From assembly GCA_024280895.1 (NCBI GenBank), contig JAJRPI010000035.1, positions 16,596-80,595 of the forward strand: a stretch of DNA of 64,000 bases, given 5' to 3'. A model generated the notes under the pieces. The model ran no database searches, was not told the origin of the DNA, and saw only the letters and a list, made by a program, of their open reading frames with translations. Origin of the DNA: Alphaproteobacteria bacterium. Its GTDB lineage: Bacteria; Pseudomonadota; Alphaproteobacteria; Rhizobiales; JAKIUO01. Position 1 is the stretch's first letter; each line of letters opens with the position of its first letter. Of the stretch, positions 57,205 to 64,000 are shown one piece after another. The translations under genes were made by a program, and so were the position numbers.

Positions 57205-58047
57205 ATGCCGCTTGATCATCTTGATAAGTTACGTGCAGAAATAAAGCGTATTGAAGGGCGTACCAGCTCTCTTGAAGAGGTAAGGGCGGATAGGTTTGCG
57301 GGACAACCCAGCCCTCACAGCAATCTGCCTGCTGCACCTGCCTGGTCCTTTGGGGCAATGGAGGTTGATCAATATCTAGGGCATGGCCTTGCCCCTCATG
57401 CCCTGCATGAAATCAACCCGCGCGACTATAAAGATTGCTGGGCGGCCCTGTCTTTTGCCCTGGCGTTGGCCTCAAAGCGGGCCGATTTTGATCAGCGCCC
57501 TCTTTTATGGTGTTCTTCTCGGGCCAGTAAATCTGAATATGGAGGGCTTTATGGGCAAGGGCTACAGCGTTTTAATCTTGATCCCGCGCGTTTCATTCTG
57601 ATCGAAACAAAAAATGATAATGAGACACTGTTTGTTCTTGAAGAGGCCTTGAAATCTGGGCGGCTCTGCGCGGTCATTGGCTTGATAGCGGCGCCGGGAT
57701 TGACCGCTTCACGCCGCTTGTCCTTGATGGCCGACAAGGGCCAAACCCCTGCCCTGCTGATCACAAAACCAGGCGATATCGGCATCAAAAACGCCACCAC
57801 CCGCTGGCAGATCGCCGGCCTGCGCGCCGATCAATCGCTTTTTAGCACCCCCTCCCATCCTCAACGAGCCCTTCCTCAATTGGCTTGGCAGGTCGGCCTC
57901 ACCCGCAACCGCCAGGGACCGGCAGATAAAAAGTGGCATCTGGAGTTTCCATCCTATGAGCAACCTCTCCACAAATCTTCCCAAAAAGCGTTTCGTTTCG
58001 CTCTTCCTTCCCCATTTCGCAATCGAAAATCACAAGCGGCAGCCTGA
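57205..58047 (+). CDS. imuA: ImuA (SulA/RecA-like) protein of the SOS mutagenesis cassette
   Basis: Family-typical layout (HEI....D...A..FALALA, LLWC, GL...G....R.I.IE). It is the first gene of the imuA-imuB-dnaE2 order. Confidence 0.8.
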   Translation: MPLDHLDKLRAEIKRIEGRTSSLEEVRADRFAGQPSPHSNLPAAPAWSFGAMEVDQYLGHGLAPHALHEINPRDYKDCWAALSFALALASKRADFDQRPLLWCSSRASKSEYGGLYGQGLQRFNLDPARFILIETKNDNETLFVLEEALKSGRLCAVIGLIAAPGLTASRRLSLMADKGQTPALLITKPGDIGIKNATTRWQIAGLRADQSLFSTPSHPQRALPQLAWQVGLTRNRQGPADKKWHLEFPSYEQPLHKSSQKAFRFALPSPFRNRKSQAAA

Positions 58048-59593
58048 GGAGCAAAAAAAACGAAAAGTAGCCCCGACCCGACCGATGCCCTTTGCCCTTG
58101 TTGACCATAGTTTAAGAGGTCAAAGACTCTGGGCTATTGATGAGACCGCGCGCCAACAAGGCCTTGTCCGCGATATGGCATTAAGCGATGCTCTGGCACT
58201 TTGTCCCTCGCTTGCAACCTCTCGCGCCGTGCCACAAAAAGACGCTCGCAGACTTTTGCAACTGGCCAGCTGGTGCGAGCGTTACAGCCCCCTAAGCAAT
58301 GTCTATGATAGCGACAGCCTGTGGATTGATGTCACCGGCGCTGCCCATCTGTTTGCGGGCGAACAAAACCTGCTGGCAGCAATCAGCAAGGATTTTAGCC
58401 AGCAGGGCTACACCGTAAAACTTGCACTTGCGGGCAGTTTTGCCGCCGCTTTTGCGCTCTCCCATTTTGCATTTAGTCACAAAACGAAGCCACCCATCAT
58501 CCCGTCTCAAAGCTCGCCTACCCAATTGCAGCAGTACCTTTCCCCCCTACCAATCGCAGCTCTTCGCCTGCATGAAAACACTTGCTCCTTGCTGCACCGC
58601 CTCGGACTGATGACACTGGGCCAATTGATGAATCTCCCACGAGAAAGCCTGAAGCGCCGTTTCCCCTCGCGCGAACAGGCCCGCTCCGTGCTGTTACGGC
58701 TGGACCAGATTATGGAGCTGCGTGATGAACCTCTTGCGCCCCTCACCCCGCCTGTTATTTTTTCCAGTCGCCTGCGTTTTACAGAGGCGCTGTTTTCCAA
58801 ACAGATGCTGGAACGAGCCCTCATCCGCCTACTTGACGATGTAACCTTGCAGCTTGAACGGCAAAATCAGGGAGCCAGAAACCTCACATTCAACCTGTGG
58901 CGTGCTGATGGCAGCACCAGCCATATTACCATTGGCACGGCTCAACCTTGTCGCGACAAAACCCATATATTCAATCTCTTCAAGGAAAAAATCAGCCGGA
59001 TCGAACCAGGGTTTGGCATTGATGTCATCGCCCTTTTTGTCGCCAAAGCAGAACCACTAACAGCAAAACAGGTCTCTCTTCAAAGCAGACAAAAAAACGA
59101 CCACTCCCGCAGCCCCGCCCTGCTCATCGATCGTTTGCGCAACCATCTGGGCGCGCGCAAAATTGGCTATTTGCAAGCCCTTCCAAGCCATATCCCAGAG
59201 CGGGCACAAAGCCTGACAACCAGCCCACCACCTCAAACCATAGCCCCCTTGCACGCGGCATCTCCAGCCTCTCCCTCTATCATATATGACCGGCCCTTCT
59301 TGCTGCTGGACCCACCAGAAAGCATCAACGTGTTAGCGCCCCTGCCTGACGACCCGCCGCTTCAATTCACCTGGCGCCGCGTCACCAGAAAAGTCATTGC
59401 CAGCAATGGCCCCGAACGCCTGACCCGCGAATGGTGGAAAGAACTTGGACAAAAAAACAGCCGCCCCCGCGATTATTACAAAGTCAGCGCCTATGAGGGC
59501 GGCACCTTCTGGCTCTATCGCAACGGGCTTTATCAAGGAGATGAAAGCTCCACCGCGCCCCCGCAATGGTTCATGCACGGCTTTTTTGGCTGA
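57956..59593 (+). CDS. imuB: Y-family polymerase-like protein ImuB
   Basis: N-terminus RFVSLFLPHFAIE....; IMS/UmuC-like fold without catalytic acidic residues being obvious. 92-nt overlap with imuA. Confidence 0.85.
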   Translation: MSNLSTNLPKKRFVSLFLPHFAIENHKRQPEEQKKRKVAPTRPMPFALVDHSLRGQRLWAIDETARQQGLVRDMALSDALALCPSLATSRAVPQKDARRLLQLASWCERYSPLSNVYDSDSLWIDVTGAAHLFAGEQNLLAAISKDFSQQGYTVKLALAGSFAAAFALSHFAFSHKTKPPIIPSQSSPTQLQQYLSPLPIAALRLHENTCSLLHRLGLMTLGQLMNLPRESLKRRFPSREQARSVLLRLDQIMELRDEPLAPLTPPVIFSSRLRFTEALFSKQMLERALIRLLDDVTLQLERQNQGARNLTFNLWRADGSTSHITIGTAQPCRDKTHIFNLFKEKISRIEPGFGIDVIALFVAKAEPLTAKQVSLQSRQKNDHSRSPALLIDRLRNHLGARKIGYLQALPSHIPERAQSLTTSPPPQTIAPLHAASPASPSIIYDRPFLLLDPPESINVLAPLPDDPPLQFTWRRVTRKVIASNGPERLTREWWKELGQKNSRPRDYYKVSAYEGGTFWLYRNGLYQGDESSTAPPQWFMHGFFG

Positions 59594-59775
59594 AAGAATG
59601 CGCTCGCCCCATTTCCTCCTGCGAGACTGGGCGTCTTGCACAGACGGCGCTGGGGACTAATCCCCAGACCCCACTTTTAAAATGGGGATGAAAGGGGCTC
59701 GCCCTTTTCCGCCCGCTGCGTAAGCGTTCCGCCCGAAAGGGCATTTCTTCCGCACACCTTACAATGAGATGAGAC

Positions 59776-62700
59776 ATGACTGACACTTCCCCCTATGCCG
59801 CCCTACAGGTGACCACCAATTTTTCGTTTCTGCGCGGCGCGTCTCACCCTGATGAGCTGGTAAAGACCGCCAAGCAGCTCGGCCTTGGCGCGATTGGTGT
59901 CACGGATCGCAATACGCTGGCGGGGATTGTGCGCATGTATATCGCGGCAAAAAAGCTGGATATGCGCCTGATCGTTGGCGTGCGCCTTGTTTTGAGCGAT
60001 GCCCCCGATCTTTTATGTTACCCAAAAGACCGCGCCGCTTATGGGCGTTTATCGCGGCTATTAAGCCTTGGGCAGAGGCGGACGGAAAAAGGTCTGTGCG
60101 ATCTTGCTCTTGCTGATATTGCCGCTCACCAGAAGGGTCAATTGTTTATTGCCCTTCCTCCAGTTCAATCTGAACTGAACAGCTTTGGTGCACAATTAGG
60201 CCGTTTAAAAGAGCAACTGACAGCGCCCTTATATCTTGGTCTTGCCCACAATTATTACGGCAATGAGCAGGCCCGCTTTGCCGCCTTGCAACAGCTTGGC
60301 GCGCTCCACAAGCTTCCCCTCGTTGCGGCCAGTGACGTGCTTTATCATCAAGCCGCCCGCAAACCCCTTGCTGATATTCTCACTTGCATCCGCGAAAAAT
60401 GTACCATTGATGAGGCGGGCCTGCGCCTCTCGCCTAATGCCGAATCCCATCTCAAGCCGCCTGTCGAGATGCAGCGCCTTTATAAGGGCTACGAAGATGC
60501 TCTCACCCGCACCATGGAAATCGCCGACCATTGCCGTTTTTCGCTCGATGAGCTGGCCTATGACTATCCCCGCGAACCCGTGCCAAAGGGGGTAACCGCG
60601 CAGCAACATCTGAAAAACCTAAGCTATGAGGGTGCCAGCTGGCGCTACCCCCAAGGGCTCCCGGACAAAGTGCGCGCCAGCCTTTTGCATGAACTCAAAT
60701 TGATTGATGAGCTCAACTATGCGCCCTATTTTCTCACCGTGCATGATATAGTGAGCTTTGCCCGCTCAAAGGATATTTTGTGTCAGGGGCGCGGCTCGGC
60801 GGCCAATTCTGCGGTTTGTTATTGCCTTGGCATCACCAATGTCGATCCCACCAAGATCGATCTCTTGTTCGAGCGTTTTATTTCAGCCGAGCGGGATGAG
60901 CCCCCCGATATTGATGTCGATTTCGAGCATGAACGCCGTGAAGAAGTGATCCAGTATATTTACAGACGCTTTGGCCGCGAGCATGCCGGACTGGCCGCCA
61001 CTCTCATTACCTATCGCCCGCGCTCCGCCGTGCGCGATGTGGGCAAGGCCATGGGCCTATCAGAAGACATTGTCTCGCGTCTGGCCGGCACGGTGTGGGG
61101 ATGGGGCGGAAAAGGCATATCAGAAAAACGGGTGCGTGAAGCCGGTCTCAATGCCGATGATCCGCGCCTCATTCGCACCTTGCAACTGACATCTGAGATC
61201 ATGGGCTTTCCCCGCCATCTGTCGCAACATGTCGGCGGCTTTGTCCTCACCCATTCGCCTTTATGCGAGATGGTGCCGATTGGCAATGCGGCCATGAAAG
61301 ATCGCACCGTCATCGAATGGGACAAGACCGATCTGGCCGCACTAGGGCTTTTGAAGATCGACGTGCTGGCGCTTGGCATGTTGTCGTGCGTGCATCGCTC
61401 GTTTGATCTCATCAAAAAACATTATAACCGCCCCTTGACCCTCGCCACCGTGCCGCGCGAGGACACCGATACTTATGACATGCTGTGCAAGGCCGATACG
61501 GTCGGCGTGTTCCAGATCGAAAGCCGGGCACAAATGAACATGCTGCCCCGCCTTAAGCCGCGCATTTTCTATGATCTGGTGATTGAGGTGGCGATTGTCC
61601 GCCCCGGCCCCATTCAGGGCGATATGGTGCATCCTTATCTGCGGCGACGCGATGGGCTGGAAGAAGAAATATATCCAGCTCCTGATCCCCGCTTTGGCCC
61701 GCCAGATGAACTGCGCACCATTCTGGGGAAGACCAAGGGCGTGCCCCTGTTTCAAGAGCAAGCCATGCGCCTTGCCATGGTGGCGGCTGACTTTTCCCCC
61801 GCTGAAGCCAATGCCCTGCGCAAAAGCATGGCGACCTTTCGCCATCGTGGCACCATCGAATTGCTACAGGATAAAATGGTCGAGCGCATGGTAACGCGTG
61901 GTTATGAACGATCATTTGCCGAGCGCTGTTTCAACCAGATCAAAGGCTTTGGTGATTATGGCTTCCCCGAAAGCCATGCGGCCAGCTTCGCGCATCTGGT
62001 TTATATCTCCTCCTGGATCAAATGCCATTATCCGGCAGTGTTCGCCTGTGCCCTGCTAAATTCTCAGCCCATGGGGTTTTACGCCCCGGCGCAAATTGTC
62101 AGAGATGCCATTGAGCACGGCGTCAAAGTGCGCCCCGTTGATGTCTCGATCAGCGATTGGGATTGCACACTGGAGGCGGGCGACGACGGGGTCTGGGCCT
62201 TGCGCCTTGGCATGCGCCAAGTCTCGGGGTTGCGCCGCGATGAAGCTGAGAAAATTGTTGCGGCCAGACATCGCTACGCGAGCGGGCTGCCGCCCACACC
62301 CGCTTGGGAGGAGACCTCCCAAACCCACCCTTTTTTAAATCAAAAAAACAAGGGGTTTGGGGAATTCATTCCCCAAATGGGTGTGGGTGATAACCCGCTC
62401 ATCGCAGATGATCCGCCCTTCCACGACATGGAAGAGCTGCGTACTAGCTCTAGCGTGCGCCGCGAGACATTGGAAAAGCTGGCAGGGGCTGACGCGTTTC
62501 GCTCTATGGGATTGGAGCGCCGCAGCGCTCTTTGGCATATAAAAGGGCTTGCGGACGATGCTCCTTTGCCTTTATTTGCCCATGCAAATGCCAGCGAGCT
62601 TGCCAAAGAACCAAAGATCGAGCTGCCACGCCTTCCTTTGTCGGCGCATGTATTAGAAGATTATCGCAGCACGCGCCTGTCCCTCAAAGCTCATCCCTTG

Positions 62701-63147
62701 TCTTTTTTACGCGAGCGCTTGCAAGCGCAAAAAGCCATTAGCTGCCTTGATCTTATGTCCCTGCGCGATGGCGCCTTTGTCAAACTTTCCGGCGTGGTGC
62801 TGATCCGTCAGCGCCCCGGCAGTGCCAAGGGCGTGGTATTCATGACCATTGAAGATGAAACCGGCATCGCCAATCTGGTCATCTGGAGCAAGGTCATGGA
62901 GAAATTTCGCAAGACCGTCATGACCGCACGGCTCATCCAGGTGCAGGGCCGTCTGCAACGCCACAAGGACATATTGCATGTGGTGGCCGATCGCCTTTTT
63001 GACCAGACAGATTGGCTATCCCTACTTGATGAACAGACCCAACAGGATCTCAAATCCCGTGCTCCGCGCAACTATAACACCCCGCCCTCACGCCGCAGTC
63101 ACCCCCGTAATGTCCGTATCATTCCCAAATCACGGGACTTTCACTAA
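59776..63147 (+). CDS. dnaE2: error-prone DNA polymerase III alpha-like subunit DnaE2
   Basis: 1123 aa with a PHP domain N-terminus (YAALQVTTNFSFLRGASHPDELV), a pol III alpha core and an OB fold. It is the third gene of the cassette. Confidence 0.95.
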   Translation: MTDTSPYAALQVTTNFSFLRGASHPDELVKTAKQLGLGAIGVTDRNTLAGIVRMYIAAKKLDMRLIVGVRLVLSDAPDLLCYPKDRAAYGRLSRLLSLGQRRTEKGLCDLALADIAAHQKGQLFIALPPVQSELNSFGAQLGRLKEQLTAPLYLGLAHNYYGNEQARFAALQQLGALHKLPLVAASDVLYHQAARKPLADILTCIREKCTIDEAGLRLSPNAESHLKPPVEMQRLYKGYEDALTRTMEIADHCRFSLDELAYDYPREPVPKGVTAQQHLKNLSYEGASWRYPQGLPDKVRASLLHELKLIDELNYAPYFLTVHDIVSFARSKDILCQGRGSAANSAVCYCLGITNVDPTKIDLLFERFISAERDEPPDIDVDFEHERREEVIQYIYRRFGREHAGLAATLITYRPRSAVRDVGKAMGLSEDIVSRLAGTVWGWGGKGISEKRVREAGLNADDPRLIRTLQLTSEIMGFPRHLSQHVGGFVLTHSPLCEMVPIGNAAMKDRTVIEWDKTDLAALGLLKIDVLALGMLSCVHRSFDLIKKHYNRPLTLATVPREDTDTYDMLCKADTVGVFQIESRAQMNMLPRLKPRIFYDLVIEVAIVRPGPIQGDMVHPYLRRRDGLEEEIYPAPDPRFGPPDELRTILGKTKGVPLFQEQAMRLAMVAADFSPAEANALRKSMATFRHRGTIELLQDKMVERMVTRGYERSFAERCFNQIKGFGDYGFPESHAASFAHLVYISSWIKCHYPAVFACALLNSQPMGFYAPAQIVRDAIEHGVKVRPVDVSISDWDCTLEAGDDGVWALRLGMRQVSGLRRDEAEKIVAARHRYASGLPPTPAWEETSQTHPFLNQKNKGFGEFIPQMGVGDNPLIADDPPFHDMEELRTSSSVRRETLEKLAGADAFRSMGLERRSALWHIKGLADDAPLPLFAHANASELAKEPKIELPRLPLSAHVLEDYRSTRLSLKAHPLSFLRERLQAQKAISCLDLMSLRDGAFVKLSGVVLIRQRPGSAKGVVFMTIEDETGIANLVIWSKVMEKFRKTVMTARLIQVQGRLQRHKDILHVVADRLFDQTDWLSLLDEQTQQDLKSRAPRNYNTPPSRRSHPRNVRIIPKSRDFH

Positions 63148-63225
63148 AACAAACATCACACGAAATTTATCATGTTGCACAATCACCGTTTTCAACTGCG
63201 TGTAAAATCCCCTATATTATCCTCT

Positions 63226-64000
63226 ATGACCCAAAACCTACGTACCATATTGTCCCTGCCATTGCTGGCACTGGCGAGTTTTTGTATCGCAAATCAAGCC
63301 GCCGCTTTTGACCCACGAGCCGAACCAGAAGGGGCAACGAGCGCTGCGCTTGAAAACAGTTCTCAAAGCAAAGTGATAAGAGCTAGACATCATATGGTTG
63401 TGAGCGCCAACCCTCATGCCAGCGAGGCCGGGCGCGCTATTTTGCGCCGTGGCGGCACCGCCATTGACGCCGCCATTGCCGTGCAAATGGTACTCAATCT
63501 TGTCGAACCACAATCATCTGGGATCGGTGGCGGCGCGTTCTTGCTGCACTGGAGCGAGCAGACACGAAAACTGACAAGCTTTGATGGCCGCGAAACCGCC
63601 CCTCTTGCCGCCAAACCAACCCGCTTCATGAAAAATGGCAAACCCATGAAATTTCGTGACGCTGTGCCAGGCGGACTTTCCGTTGGCACACCGGGCGTTT
63701 TAAAAATGCTTGAAAAAATCCATAAACGTCATGGCCGTCTGCCGTGGGCGCAGTTATTCGATCCAGCCATCAAACTTGCAATGCGCGGCTTTGCCCTATC
63801 TTCGCGCCTGCACGCCCTCTTGCAAAAAGCTGACGTCCACAGCTTTGGACCTAAGGCACAAGCTTATTTCTTCGACAAGATGGGAGATCCAAAACCTGTT
63901 GGCACCCTTCTCAAAAACCCAGCCTTTGCACAAACTCTAAGCGGTATCGCCCGCAATGGATCTGATTATTTTTATCGTGGGCCTCTCGCCAAGCAGATCG
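63226..64000 (+). CDS. ggt: gamma-glutamyltransferase, N-terminal part (runs off the right edge)
   Basis: Manual translation from ATG 63226 gives MTQNLRTILSLPLLALASFCIA... (signal peptide), then HHMVVSANPHASEAGRAILRRGGTAIDAAIAVQMVLNLVEPQSSGIGGGAFLL. Confidence 0.9.
   Translation, partial: MTQNLRTILSLPLLALASFCIANQAAAFDPRAEPEGATSAALENSSQSKVIRARHHMVVSANPHASEAGRAILRRGGTAIDAAIAVQMVLNLVEPQSSGIGGGAFLLHWSEQTRKLTSFDGRETAPLAAKPTRFMKNGKPMKFRDAVPGGLSVGTPGVLKMLEKIHKRHGRLPWAQLFDPAIKLAMRGFALSSRLHALLQKADVHSFGPKAQAYFFDKMGDPKPVGTLLKNPAFAQTLSGIARNGSDYFYRGPLAKQI

Overview
This 64-kb window looks like mostly core chromosome from an alphaproteobacterium. The supporting signatures are a SAM-II riboswitch ahead of metZ, a GAAC-N7-GAAC LexA box ahead of imuA-imuB-dnaE2, a long-form Dcd, an EIIA-Man/HPr pair next to ahcY, and the glyA-nrdR-ribD-ribE-ribBA-ribH-nusB-thiL block. 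Confident housekeeping calls also include trkH, tRNA-Gln(CUG), thrS, hppA and ggt (3-prime truncated), plus regulators (LysR, Lrp/AsnC, Crp/Fnr), cell-wall peptidases (M15, M23, YkuD), transporters and stress proteins. I saw no rRNA, CRISPR array, transposase, integrase or recognisable defence system. The unusual content falls into three groups. (1) Intergenic repeat and hairpin families: a 5-copy ~40-bp REP-like element, GTAGGGTG hairpin units including a perfect palindrome with 31-bp arms, two 210-270-bp nested inverted-repeat (MITE-like) elements, and a 61-bp tandem duplication. (2) Odd protein genes: an apparent antitoxin fused to a ParE-like toxin, a membrane-anchored protein with MxxMNxx heptads inserted between ptsH and ahcY, a Pro-rich/TM/coiled-coil giant, a sigma-4-only sigma-like protein with an anti-sigma and an M15 peptidase, and a rhodanese-MBL fusion with a degenerate metal motif. 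(3) A small module consisting of a Crp-family regulator and a divergent periplasmic His/Met-rich protein separated by a perfect palindromic site, flanked by an intact and a decayed copy of a secreted Cys-rich protein gene. All functional calls rest on by-eye motif recognition and none was checked against a database.
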